64,000 nucleotides of DNA. Source: Rebecca billardiae RCC1528. Its lineage: Eukaryota; Protista; Haptophyta. Every line of letters starts with the position of its first letter. The first letter of the stretch is position 1. The notes under the pieces are model-generated. The model did no database searches, had not been told where the DNA came from, and saw only the letters and a list, made by a program, of their open reading frames with translations. The stretch covers positions 682,001-746,000 of the forward strand of contig OZ251234.1 of assembly GCA_965240325.2 (NCBI GenBank). Reading direction: 5' to 3'. The position numbers and the translations under genes are program-made. This document shows, one piece after another, positions 11,271-23,584 of this stretch.

Positions 11271-14200
11271 TCAGCCAGGGGACGCCCATTTTGGACGTTG
11301 AGATGTGCGTTCAAGGTTCCTAACGCGAGCGCTCCCGGACCGCCCCCGGACACGCCGCCGAGCGCCGCAAGGCCGTTGGCCTCGCCGTCGACGGCGCCGC
11401 GATGAGCGCTGCCACGGCTGCAGACGTGCGCGCTGCGCCCAGCGCGCGAGACGAGCGGGCGCACAGTCCCCACACACGCAGCCGCGCCGCTTGACCCGAC
11501 CTGCGTCTCCGTCTCCTCGCGCCGCACGCGCAGGGCGAGGCAGGCGAGTTGTGCCCAGTCCGACGCCGCGGCAGCCGCGCAGGTGGCGGCGCTGATCGAG
11601 GGCTCGCCGCGGGCGCTCCTGGGGCCCTGCCTCAAGGAGCTGCTCGTGGCGATCGTGACCGTCCTCGACCGCCTTCCTCGGGCCCGAGCCCACTCCGGCG
11701 CACTGCGGCTGGCGGCCGGACAAGCGAGCACGCGCGGCGACGAGGATGATGCCACGTCGTCGCCGCGCCTGGGCGAGGAAGCTGCGCAGCCGCGTGCGCA
11801 GCCGGTGTCGGATGCGGATGCGACGACGATGGAGACGTACGACGGCGTCGTTGGCGAGATCGTTGACGGCGCGCACTCTGTAGACGAGGGCCTGCAGCAA
11901 ACTACGGGCGAGGAGGGGCTTTGAGGACGGGCTTGCCGGCCCAGTGCCCGTCCCGAACCCGTTCAGTGCCGAGTCCGCGCGTCCTGCGTTGGCGGAGTCG
12001 GAGGCGATCGTGGCTCGTCGGGAACAACCAGAAGCATGCCGAGTGATCAGGCTGGAGGAGCACGCGCGGGCGCTCCATGTGTCGGTCAATCTGAGGAAGG
12101 ACACGCACTTGGACCCGGTGAGAGCCGAGTGCCACTTTCAACTCGCGGCCACAGTCGGCCCGCATGATTGCACTTGCGCGGCGCGTCTGGCACCTCTGGC
12201 AACTCGGGCGCGCGGACATAGCCGAGCCGGTTGCGGCCGCGCACTGCCAGACAAGGAGCTGATTGCACTGCTCACCACAGCCCGGCTGCGCGAGCTCGTC
12301 GAGCTCGCACGAGACGACGCGAGCAGCCTGCCAGCCGGGACGACGTGGGCACAGGGCCGACTTCCCAGGTGCGTCCTCGACTCGGACCACCCGCTGCCAA
12401 GGCTGCCCAGCGGGGAGCGCGGCGGCCGCGGCGGCCGCGGCCGAGGCGGCCGTGGCAGCGGCCGCGCCGCCGCTGCTCCGCTGCGCTCAGCCTCGGGCCC
12501 GGTCAAGGCGGCGGCGAACGACGCACTCGCTGGCCTTCTCGCGCCGCCGCGAGGGGCGCTGCTCATCGCTGGCGCCGCCGCTGCCGCCTCGAAGCCCGAC
12601 GCCAAGGACTCACGCATTCTGCTCCGGTGCTTCGCCGTCATGGGCAAGGTGGCGAGCTGCGAGGAAGCCGCGCCGACAGGTCTTCAACGTGGCACCGCTG
12701 GCGCTCGTCAGCGCGCGCAGCCGCGGTGGAGGCGGCGGCCAAGGGGCGAGTCGGACGCGTCAGACGCCGTCTACCTGGCGCACTGGAGCAAGAAGCGGCG
12801 AGCCATTGCCATGCTGAGCCAGGCCTTCGCTCACGCCGTCCTGAAGCAGCCGACAGTGGGCGGCGCCGCGCGAGGAGCACCCCTGCCGTGCCCGTGGGCG
12901 CCAAGCGAACGCGCGACGGGTCAGAGGCAGAGGCGCACGCCGCGACGGCGACGCAGACAGTCGTTCGCGTGTCTACTGCCTCGGGCACTCGCGCCTCTGG
13001 CTCCCGCGCGACGACCAGCAGTGACGCTGGCGCTCGTGACAGCGGTGCCAGCGCCCATGAGCCGAGAGGCGACGTGACCGGTACGCGCGCGCCGCGCAGC
13101 ATCTTGTCAGTTGATTGCAGATTGAGTGCGCGGTGACGTGAGCGGTGTGTCGCACACTACAGGCACAGCTCTGAGCTCAGCCGCGGCCGCTGATCGATGA
13201 CGAAGACGATGGGTCACGATGGCCTCGTGCCTCGTGGACTCGTGGAGCGGCGTTAGAGCCGCAGCCGATGTCGTGCCCCGGCCCGGACTCGGCGCCGCAC
13301 TGCCGGTCTGCCCGGCGGTCCGAGGGGCCCCGCTGCCCGGATTCAGCGACTCGGATAGCAGTCGGCATTCATCAGATGACTGCTAAGAGGTCTGGCACGG
13401 CTTCGCCGGTGACGAGGCCACCGGGACCATGCCACTTTCGTGGTCAACTGAGACTACCGCCATCAGCCTGACTGAATGAGCTTGACCGGCGCGTCCGCAC
13501 GGCTGCGGGCGCCGCGCCCGCGCGGGGCCGGGCGCGCTGCGACCGCCGCCGCGTCGATCTCGAGTGCCGGAGTTGTGTCCGCGGACCGGTCTGACGAGAC
13601 GGCCGCGGACTCCGCAGCCAGCAGGCTTCGAATAACAGCGTCGCGCGTCTGGGCTGATGCAGGACTTCGGACTCTGTCGTCTAACCACGATCATCGAGCG
13701 GCGGTCGCGGGTGCTGTCACGAGACACTCACGCCCCTCCTCGTCCGTAGTTTGCGTCCTCCCGCTCCCCCTCGCCCTCGCCCTGCGCGGACATCGCGTCG
13801 CCAGAGTGCGCGCCGTCAATGATCTCGCCACCGACGCCGTCGTACGTCTCCATCGTCGTCGCATCCGCATCCGACACCGGCTGCGCACGCGGCTGCGCAG
13901 CTTCCTCGCCCAGGCGCGACCGTGCTCGCTTGTCCGGCCGCCAGCCGCAGTGCGCCGGAGTGGGCTCGGGCCCGAGGAAGGCGGTCGAGGACGGTCACGA
14001 TCGCCACGAGCAGCTCCTTGAGGCAGGGCCCCAGGAGCGCCCGCGGCGAGCCCTCGATCAGCGCCGCCACCTGCGCGGCTGCCGCGGCGTCGGACTGGGC
14101 ACAACTCGCCTGCCTCGCCCTGCGCGTGCGGCGCGAGGAGACGGAGACGCAGGTCGGGTCAAGCGGCGCGGCTGCGTGTGTGGGGACTGTGCGCCCGCTC

Positions 14201-14382
14201 GTCTCGCGCGCTGGGCGCAGCGCGCACGTCTGCAGCCGTGGCAGCGCTCATCGCGGCGCCGTCGACGGCGAGGCCAACGGCCTTGCGGCGCTCGGCGGCG
14301 TGTCCGGGGGCGGTCCGGGAGCGCTCGCGTTAGGAACCTTGAACGCACATCTCAACGTCCAAAATGGGCGTCCCCTGGCTGA
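11271..14382. mobile_element. Foldback DNA transposon with ~600-bp TIRs nested in the left arm of the larger element
   Basis: 11271-~11880 is inverted at ~13803-14382. Termini are TCAGCC...GGCTGA, with a 4-bp TSD AAGT (11267-11270, 14383-14386). Confidence 0.85.
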
Positions 14383-15249
14383 AAGTTGGCACGCCCTCCG
14401 CACTGGGGCGTCCCAACTTTCCGGAGGGCGTGCCAACTTGGAAGTTGGTAGGCGCCCGCCGCCCTGGGCGCCCGTTGGCGCTGGTGGCCGTGCGGCCGTG
14501 CGTGCGCGAGCGCTCGCCTCGCGCCGCGCTCCCGCGCGCACAGCGCGCGCTCGACCGCGCGGGACGCGGCGGAGTCGAGGCTGACATACCCCTGGCCCAC
14601 TTCGCGCCGCGCAACGCCGCGCACGCCCATCGCCGCTCGCACGCGCAGGCCTGCCGCGCACGGCTTGGGCTTTTCAGCACAGGCTGGCGGCGGTGCGCCG
14701 GGCCGAGGGCTCGGCCGGTGCTGCGCCCCTCGGCCAGGCCGAGACTTGGCGGGGGCGTGGGTAGTGCCATCGCCTGCCCAGACCCCGGGCCTCGCCGTCA
14801 GAGTGTGCACGCGAGGCGCGCTGTCGTGGTCGACAGGTGAGGCGCCGCGTGCTCGCCCTCGAGCCGGGCAGCGGACGTACCGGCAGGCGCGCGCGCACAC
14901 AGCGGGGCTGTCGAGCTGCTTCCGGCTGGGTAGATCGACGGCGCATGCCCTGGTCCTGGTCTGGGAGGCGTGCGCGGGTTCGGAGGCCGGTGAACGCTCG
15001 GCGCGGACCCACGTGTCTTGCCTGGCACGGTTGCGCGATAGCTCGGCAGCCAGTCTCGAGGATGAGTGGCATCAGAGCGCTTGCGGGCGGGCTGGCGGGC
15101 TCAACCGCCGGGCCGATGCCCACGCCTTGGCCGGGACGCGACCAGTCCCCGCGTCCTCCGCAGCCGCCTGGAGCCGTCGACCCGCTGCCCAAGGCCCGCG
15201 GCCGGCGGGCCGCTTGGCGGATGGCCAGAGGAGCAGGCGGCCGAGTGGG

Positions 15250-15960
15250 CTGGGCGGCAGCGAGGGTGGTGGGGATGGAGGCGGGCTCGGCGGCGGAGGC
15301 GGCGGAGGAAGGCGTGATGGCGGGCTCGGTGGCGGTGAGGATGGCAGGTTCAGTGCCAGCGATGACGGTGGGCTTGGCGGTGAGCTCGGCGATGGCTAAC
15401 GTGGCAGATTTGGCGGTGGGATCGGCTGCCGGCTTGGTGGCAGCGCAGGCGGCGGCGACGGTAGCGGGCTCGGCAGCGAGCTCGGCGGCGTGGTCAGAGG
15501 CGGTGCTGATGGCGGCGATGATGGTAGCGGGCTTGTTGGCGGCGATGTAGGCAGCGACGGCTGCGTGCTCAGCGGCGGGCTTTGTGGCGGCGATGTAGGC
15601 GGTGATGTCGTGATGACGGTGGTGGGCTCAGCGGCGGGGTCGGTAGCGGCGACGGCAGCGGCAGGCTCGAGGTGGGCTTGGTGGCGGTGATGGCGGCCGG
15701 GCTCGGCGATGGACTTAGCGGCGGTGGGCTCGGTGGCGGAGCCGGTGGCGGCGAAGGAGCCGATCCCAGCGCTAGGCTCGGCGCTGGGGTGGATGAGACG
15801 GGCTTGGTTGTCCGTGGTGGGTTTGGTGGCGGCGACTTGGCGACGATGGCTGTGAGCGGCGGAGTGGCCGTGAGCTCGGCAGCGGTGATGGTGGCTTGAG
15901 AACCGTGGCTGGCTCGGCGGCGGGTTCAGCGGCCGCGACGGAGACGGGATGTGAGGCGGC
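15250..15960 (-). pseudogene. Degenerate Pro/Ser-rich (PPSPP) coding fragment inside the foldback element
   Basis: GGCGGCGGTGGGCTC-type repeats resemble the reverse complement of the PPSPPP tract at 34020-34620. The frames are broken. Confidence 0.45.
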
Positions 15961-18580
15961 TAGGGCGGCGGTGTGGGGCGGGAATACTGCGTCGCTGTTG
16001 CCCTCGGTCAGAGCTTGGCGGGGACACAGCGCAGCCAAGCTCCGGGCGTTGGCGCTGCCGCCAGGTTGGCCGCAGGCCACCCAGTCGGCAAAGCTCGGGC
16101 GGCAGCGATGCCCAGACATGAAGGAGGGCACTGCGGGATCGCTGCGTTACCTCAGGAAGGCTGAGTCTATGAGAGAGATGATCGCCACTGCTCAGTCTGG
16201 TGGAGTTCGATGAACTGACTTAGACGACTTAGCGACCGTAGGCTGCTGCTCGGCGTTGTCAGAGTCGTCATCCGACCTAGCTCGGCGCAGTACGTATCGT
16301 TGAGTCATTGCGCGGAAGAGATGTCATCGCGACTCAGAGTTCGTCACGTGCCACTCAACCGTGTCCCACCGGCCCTACTACCATCTTGGGCAAGCGCCTG
16401 CAGACGATACGGCGGGCAGCATCACAGTCTGCGCTCCTGCTGAGTGCTGGCTGGTGATGACTGCGTCAGACGACTGCGCGTTGCAGCCGCAGCCATACCG
16501 TATAAATACGCTCTCAGCAGGACTACGTGCGAGTTGTTCTGCGTCCTAACGGTGCCGGCGCGTGACGTGACGGTTTTGATGTCAGCATCACGTGACGACT
16601 CGATGGATCACGACGAGTGGCGCTTCACGAGCAAGTGTAGCAGCATTAGAAGCATAGACAGCCGTCCGTCATCGTCTGGTTCTACTGAGTCTGAGAAGTC
16701 TTCTGGGATGCGTCAGCGACATGCTCCCGCGGCGTGGTCAGTGGTCCAAGTCAGGCACATCCGGCAGCCTGACCTCATCCCACATGCCGCGCAGGCAGAG
16801 GGGCGCGTCGTGCCCACGCGACTGGCATCCAAGAAGTTGCAGGGAAGGAATGAGTGTCAGCAGTGGACCGCCCGCGGCTCGCCGCAGCTTCATCAACCAG
16901 AAGATTCCCAACGTGCTCAACATCATCACCAAGATGCCCCAGGGCATCCAGCTCAAGATTCCAACCTCAACAACCAGAGCAACCACGATGGCGGCTCATC
17001 AGCTCGGCGGGCGACGGGCGGTGGGCATCACGACGACGACGGTGCTGGCGCGGCTGCGAGCGGCGACGCAGCTCCGCGCGGCATCGGCGCGCCTACGAGC
17101 GGCGACGCAGCCGCGCCGCCGCCGCCCGCGCCGCCCGCAGCCGCGCCGCTATCCCGTATAGAACAACCGGCCGTCACGCGCTCGGTGCCACGTACATTCG
17201 GACGCGACAATGAGTAGCACGCACCACAGTCCGGCCGTCTCCGGTCGCTGTCGTCGGCAGCCAGCCGGCGCCGGGCGCGATGGCGCCGGGCGCTCGCGCG
17301 CGATCAAGGATTGATTGCCAAGTCGTCAGCCGACGACTGGGAAGCTGAGCCTGATGCTGCCCGCTGCCGGGTCGCGGGACGAATGACGAGCAGCCTACGG
17401 TCCGTGAACCTGCGTCAGCTCCTAGAACTCTTCCAGACATGGTGAGGATCTCCCTCACGAACTCAGCCCTCTCGCGCTGACGCCGCGCGTCCGCTGCCAC
17501 TCTACGGCCCTGCGGCCTGCTGCGTGCCGCGAGCTATCAGACAGCGCGGCCCGCCGGCCGCGGGCCTTGGGCAGCGGGTCGACGGCTCCAGGCGGCTGCG
17601 GAGGACGCGGGGACTGGTCGCGTCCCGGCCAAGGCGTGGGCATCGGCCCGGCGGTTGAGCCCGCCAGCCCGCCCGCAAGCGCTCTGATGCCACTCATCCT
17701 CGAGACTGGCTGCCGAGCTGTCGCGCAACCGTGCCAGGCAAGACACGTGGGTCCGCGCCGAGCGTTCACCGGCCTCCGAACCCGCCCACGCCTCCCAGAC
17801 CAGGACCAGGGCATGCGCCGTCGATCTACCCAGCCGGAAGCAGCTCGACAGCCCCGCTGTGTGCGCGCGCGCCTGCCGGTACGTCCGCTGCCCGGCTCGA
17901 GGGCGAGCACGCGGCGCCTCACCTGTCGACCACGACAGCGCGCCTCGCGTGCACACTCTGACGGCGAGGCCCGGGGTCTGGGCAGGCGATGGCACTACCC
18001 ACGCCCCCGCCAAGTCTCGGCCTGGCCGAGGGGCGCAGCACCGGCCGAGCCCTCGGCCCGGCGCACCGCCGCCAGCCTGTGCTGAAAAGCCCAAGCCGTG
18101 CGCGGCAGGCCTGCGCGTGCGAGCGGCGATGGGCGTGCGCGGCGTTGCGCGGCGCGAAGTGGGCCAGGGGTATGTCAGCCTCGACTCCGCCGCGTCCCGC
18201 GCGGTCGAGCGCGCGCTGTGCGCGCGGGAGCGCGGCGCGAGGCGAGCGCTCGCGCACGCACGGCCGCACGGCCACCAGCGCCAACGGGCGCCCAGGGCGG
18301 CGGGCGCCTACCAACTTCCAAGTTGGCACGCCCTCCGGAAAGTTGGGACGCCCCAGTGCGGAGGGCGTGCCAATGCCGAGTCCGACTGAACCCCCTTGGT
18401 CCGACCGTGCGCCCACCATCGTCGCCAACCCGCTGCCAGTGGCAGGCGGGGGGCAAAAGTGAAAAGTGCAAAACGGCAAAACCCCTCGGGGCAGGATCTC
18501 GGGAACGCCCTTGGAAGGGGGGGCAGCAGGCTGAGCATCGCGGGGTGAACGTGTTGTGCGTCAGCGCGCGCCATCGGCCG

Positions 18581-19585
18581 ATGGCGACGGGAGTATTCGT
18601 CGTCGTCGTCGGGCTCGGCCTTCTGCACGGTGGCGCCGTCTCCCTCTCGCCTGGCTTCCCCAAAGGGACAGCTATCTCGCCAATGGAGGCCGAGGGCTTT
18701 CCATGCCTCGATTCCAACGGTCGGCCCTGTGCGAAGCGGGAGCAACTCTGCACGACTTTCGCGGGTGACGCCGACATGCAGTGCGGCATTGAGTGGGATG
18801 AGTGGAATCTCGTGGAGGCCTTCGTCACGCCGGCCGATGCCGTTCTTGAGTTTGGCGCCCGCTTTGGTACCACGTCATGCATGCTTGCAGCTGCGACGAA
18901 CAATTCTGGGAGCGTCGTGTCAGTCGAGCCAGATCCAAGAGTGCAGCAAGTCCTGCAGGCCAACCGCAAACGTCACAAGTGCAACTTCAACATCGTGAAC
19001 GGCACGGTCAGTGCAAGCGCATTCAACGGCACCTTCCACGTGGGTGCCTACAGCTCCAACACGAGGGGGCGTGCACCGGCCGTCAGCAACGGTCGCCCCA
19101 AGTCACCGACACTACTCTTCAACGTCAAGCCATCCGCCATCGAACGCGACGTTCTCGGCCGCAAGCCCACGCTACTTCTGATTGATTGCGAGGGATGCAT
19201 CGGGGAAGTCTTCACCTCTGGTATCGACTTCGGCGCCGTGGACAAAGTGCTCATCGAAGAGGATGGTCCTCGCAAGGCTGACTACCAGCGCCTATGGTAT
19301 CCCTTCCTCCGCGCGCAAGGCTTGACGCTCGTGTGGAGAAAGCGATCGACCTTCCTGACGCGTAAGACGTGGCGCAAGTCTCAGAACGTCGTGCACTCTG
19401 TTTGGCAGCGCGGTGGGCTCCGCCCTGGCCAACTCACGTGCGAGCAGTTCGCGGCGCGGCATGCCTGGGGTAAGGCTCTCCTTGACTGTCTGGAGTTGCC
19501 ATCTGAGGACAGCAGCAGCGGCCAGCGCGTTGCGCCACCACTGCCCAGATCCCAGCTCGCTGCGCTTGGGTTGCTCTCGCAGTGA
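18581..19585 (+). CDS. FkbM-family SAM-dependent methyltransferase with signal peptide/anchor (334 aa)
   Basis: Motifs VLEFGARFGTTS, VVSVEPD and LLLIDCEG, plus a hydrophobic N-terminus. Intronless. Confidence 0.85.
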   Translation: MATGVFVVVVGLGLLHGGAVSLSPGFPKGTAISPMEAEGFPCLDSNGRPCAKREQLCTTFAGDADMQCGIEWDEWNLVEAFVTPADAVLEFGARFGTTSCMLAAATNNSGSVVSVEPDPRVQQVLQANRKRHKCNFNIVNGTVSASAFNGTFHVGAYSSNTRGRAPAVSNGRPKSPTLLFNVKPSAIERDVLGRKPTLLLIDCEGCIGEVFTSGIDFGAVDKVLIEEDGPRKADYQRLWYPFLRAQGLTLVWRKRSTFLTRKTWRKSQNVVHSVWQRGGLRPGQLTCEQFAARHAWGKALLDCLELPSEDSSSGQRVAPPLPRSQLAALGLLSQ

Positions 19586-21409
19586 TGTACGTACTGCTGT
19601 ACAACATGTATACATGCGGAGTGAGCTCTGGGCATGTGCTGCCGCTGCGTGCGGCCACTACTTGCAGCAGAGAATGAGCAGACTGCTGAACGTGGCTCCG
19701 GCAGCTCCGCGTTACGTCTTGGCCCCGAGCCGAAGTCAACCAAGCGGACCATGCAGACAGGTTGCACGGAGAAATGACCGCCCGCGACTGACAGATGTTA
19801 CATTCACAGTGGACGCGACCTGTCCACCCGTCTTTCGGTACATCGCGCCCGTCCCATGGCGGCCGGCGCGTGGCGCGAGTGCTTGGAAACCACGGAGCAC
19901 ACGAATGCCGGTGGTTTCCGACCTTCGCCGCCACGGCCCGCCTCCCCGTTCGCCCGCAATCGGTACCGCAGTCTGGTGCCCAGTTCCTCTCACTCCCGCG
20001 TCGGCAGTGGCGCGAAGCCGAAGCGCATCGGGAAGAAGCACAACTGGGACCTGGATACAGGTGGTAGATAGAGCCTTAAAGGAGGCTGCTCTCGCGAACG
20101 AGCAGGATGCGCCGGTTGCGGTATGCGCGTGCACCTTTGCACGAACGTGTGCTGGTCTCCTGCTGCACTGCTCATACATACCGTACGCACGAGCTCGCGC
20201 GCAACCGTGCGCACGCGCTCAGGTGGCTCGGACCACACACGCGAGTGCTTGTGGAGCTCGCCTCACGAGGCCTTCGTAGAAGAAGGCGGGCAACCGTAGT
20301 GCGCTAAGGAAGCAGAAGACGATGCTCGCCAAACGCGTCCAGCGCGCGAGGGTGAAGCTTGCTACGGCGCGCGCGGCCTCTGCTGTTGCAGCTCGGGCCG
20401 CTGCTCCGGCCGTGCAGGCGTCTGGCGCGGGGTCCTCGGACAAGCAGGCGAACTCTGGTCAGTCTGCCTTTGCCGCCGGCAAGAAGTATCGGAAACGCAC
20501 ACATTTGGTCGTGCGCGTGGCGCGCTCGCGCGCCGTGACGCAGCAAGCAGGCGATCCTTGACAAGCGCCTCGCTGACGCTCAGCAGGCCGAGGCGACGAG
20601 CGCGGCGCTCGACCACGCCGACAGCCACGCCCTGAGCGAGGGGGAAGGCACCTTTCGAGACAGCACTCAGGCGCTCGACGTTGATTATGTCATTGATCGC
20701 GCGCGTGTGTGATCACGGCAGCAAGACGAAGTCGCGCGAGGTGGAGTAGGTGGTAGCGTGCCTCTTCGCCGCATCATCCGCAGCTGACTGGCGTGCGCCA
20801 GCTCGCTCACGTCGCGCGCGGCAGCGGTCGGCTTCCACCATGTTCGCACAGCGCGGCGCCGGCTGCACCGCCCGTTCCGCTGGACGCCGGCTCGCTCTTC
20901 GTTGACGACATCTTCTTCAACCCGGCCGCGCGGGCGCGGTGATGGTACACTCCGGCAGGCAGATGCGGCGCACTGTCTGATGCTCTATGCGTGCGTGTGC
21001 CTTTCCACGACGTCGACTCAGGCTGCTACGCGTGGCATCCAGCTCGAGGCGGAGGTCGCCAGGGCTCGCCCAAGGTCGAGTCTGCCTTGCGTGTGCTAGG
21101 TCGCCGAGGTGCGGCCGCAGGGTGCTCGCTTGCTGACTCCTGCCGATGACGAGGAGTTGCGCGCCGTCGCAACCTCTCGCACGTATCGTGCCGACCGAGT
21201 CGAGTGGATGACGCTCGTGGCGGCTGCTCTTCAAATGACGCGGTCGGGCCCTTGGCGAGCTTGGGAGGAGGGCTCGGTCTGCTACATGTGCGTCAGTAGT
21301 CACGGCCTAAACCGTGCGCAAGACTCATTGAGTCGTACATGGCGCGGCAGCAACGGCCGCTACCCGCGAGGGCCGTGGGCGGGCAGCCATGCTCCAAAGG
21401 GCCGATGTA

Positions 21410-22163
21410 CAGTCCTCTCAACAATAAATTACCCTATGGAGAGCACACCTGCACATCACACCTTCTCCTGGCCGCCTAGGCTTGCATGACGGGCACCTGC
21501 GGCCCCAGCACTCTCCATTCGGTCGAGCTGCACCCACCCATCATGACTTCAGCCGGGTGGGTGACAATTGGAGGACTCCTCTGGGCAGCACGTGAAGCCG
21601 GCCAGCTCGGACGTGACAGTGGCCGACAGGCTCTCGACTGGCTCCCACACCCCTTTCAGCCCAGCTTGTAGCACAGCGCGCCGCTGATTCAGCAGGTGGG
21701 CCGCTGGCAGGCTAGGTGCATCTGGTGCACTGTGGTGGCCATTCCCCGACCACCACCCGCAGAGACGTGGCCTGCGCACTGAAACCGCACTGCTCACGCC
21801 AGACTGTACTGCTAGGCTGGCTGCTAGGCCGAGTATCAAAGGCCATCCAGCTGCAGCGCCAGGGCCCACTATACAGCTGCTACACTCCCAGCCAGCCAGC
21901 CCACAGCCTGCTCAGGGGGTGAATTTCCATCCCTGCCTGCCCTCGTGGTGGTCCAGCACCCCCGCGCAGCACCCGTCAGCCGGTTGTGCACCTGCATTCA
22001 ATTTATCTGACTGACTCAGCCCACACACCCGCCCAGCTCATACCCACCTGGTCTGTGAGGGCTATAGGTGCAGTAACAGATAGCATGCAGCAGTGGGCCT
22101 CAAACAGTGACGGAGCTGGTATAGACAGCCAAACACAAGGGTAACCAATTGTTGAGGGGACTG
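21410..22163 (+). mobile_element. Tc1/mariner-like MITE, copy 1
   Basis: TIRs CAGTCCTCTCAACAAT / ATTGTTGAGGGGACTG, preceded by TA. Near-identical direct copy at 26370-27152. Confidence 0.8.
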
Positions 22164-22364
22164 ATCGCCGACAGCTTATTCACTAGTTATTGCTGAGGCT
22201 GCTGAGTGCTGCGAGGCAAGGGCTGCAAAGTCGAGCGCAGCTGGCGATCCAAACGCCCTAATGTAGCTGTATCGTCTTCTAGTAGTCTGTTCGGCTCCAC
22301 AACGCGCCACTATGCAGCCTCCAGGCCACTGATGGCCGCGCAGGGGCCCAGATAAGTCAGCCGC

Positions 22365-23406
22365 CAGCCCACAGCAGCCAGCCGTCAGCTGCCGTGAGTG
22401 GCACAGCCGATATTGATCGACTCTAGCGCGCCCCAAGCCGCTGATTGAGCGTGAGTGGAGGCGGCGCCGAGCCCGACGCGCGCGTGAGCGTGCCGTTGGG
22501 CCGCACGGGGGCCACCCATACCGATCAGCCGACCGATCAGCCGCCAGTCGTCAGCCGTCAGCCGCCAGCCGCCAGCCGCCAGCTGTCGTGAGTGGCACAG
22601 CCGATGTTGATCGACTCTGGCGCGCCCCAAGCCGCTGGTTCAGCGTGAGTGTAGGCGGCGTCGAGCCCGACGCGCGCGTGAGCGTGCCGTTGGGCCGCAC
22701 AGGGGCCACCCATACCGATCAGCCGACCGATCAGCCGCCAGTCGTCAGCCGTCAGCCGCCAGCCGCCAGCCGCCAGCTGTCGTGAGTGGCACAGCCGATG
22801 TTGATCGACTCTGGCGCGCCCCAAGCCGCTGGTTCAGCGTGAGTGGAGGCGGCGTCGAGCCCGACGCGCGCGTGAACGTGCCGTTGGGCCGCACGGGGGC
22901 CACCCATACCGATCAGCCGACCGATCAGCCGCCAGTCGTCAGCCGTCAGTCGCCAGCCGCCAGCCGCCAGCTGTCGTGAGTGGCACAGCCGATGTTGATC
23001 GACTCTAGCGCGCCCCAAGCCGCTGGTTCAGCGTGAGTGTAGGCGGCGTCGAGCCCGACGCGCGCGTGAGCGTGCCGTTGGGCCGCACAGGGGCCACCCA
23101 TACCGATCAGCCGACCGATCAGCCGCTATTCGTCAGCCGCCAGCCGCCAGCCGCCAGCCGCCAGCAGTCAGCTGCCGTGAGTGGCACAGCCGATGTTGAT
23201 CGACTCTAGCGCGCCCCAAGCCGCTGGTTCAGCGTGAGTGTAGGCGGCGTCGAGCCCGACGCGCGCGTGAGCGTGCCGTTGGGCCGCACGGGGGCCACCC
23301 ATACCGATCAGCCGACCGATCAGCCGCTAGTCGTCAGCCGCCAGCCGCCAGCCGCCAGCCGCCAGCAGCCAGCTGCCGTGAGTGGCACAGCCGATGTTGA
23401 TCGACT
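22365..23406. repeat. Tandem repeat of ~5.3 units of 194-201 bp
   Basis: GAGTGGCACAGCCGAT recurs at 22396, 22590, 22784, 22978, 23179 and 23380. An internal CAGCCGC heptamer varies in number between units. Confidence 0.95.
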
Positions 23407-23584
23407 TCTTCCGTGAATTCGCCCACGCCGCCGTTGAACGTCAGCACGATGTGCGTGTGCTTCTCAAGGCGGGGCACTTTGCCGTGCTTGCATCCAACCT
23501 TGGCACGAGCGCCTGCACCAACGGGAACCTCACCCATCGTGCCGATGCCGAGGGCGGCCGGGCTTGATTGCTCTCTTTACATTA

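Larger units (their letters stand above)
11241..18416. mobile_element. Foldback DNA transposon with ~850-bp TIRs, carrying degenerate gene fragments
   Basis: 14387-~15210 is the near-perfect inverse of ~17547-18372. The inverted match continues outward (tcggactcggca/tgccgagtccga; gtgggcgcacgg/ccgtgcgcccac) across the nested insertion. A direct repeat CATCG flanks it at 11236-11240 and 18417-18421. Confidence 0.75.

Noticed and set aside
11266-14390. Integron-like GTT recombination cores at the foldback junctions
   Set aside because: Better explained as a 4-bp AAGT TSD. There is no attC structure or integrase.
22365-23406. CRISPR-like array
   Set aside because: Units are wholly repeated with no unique spacers, there are no cas genes, and the context is eukaryotic.
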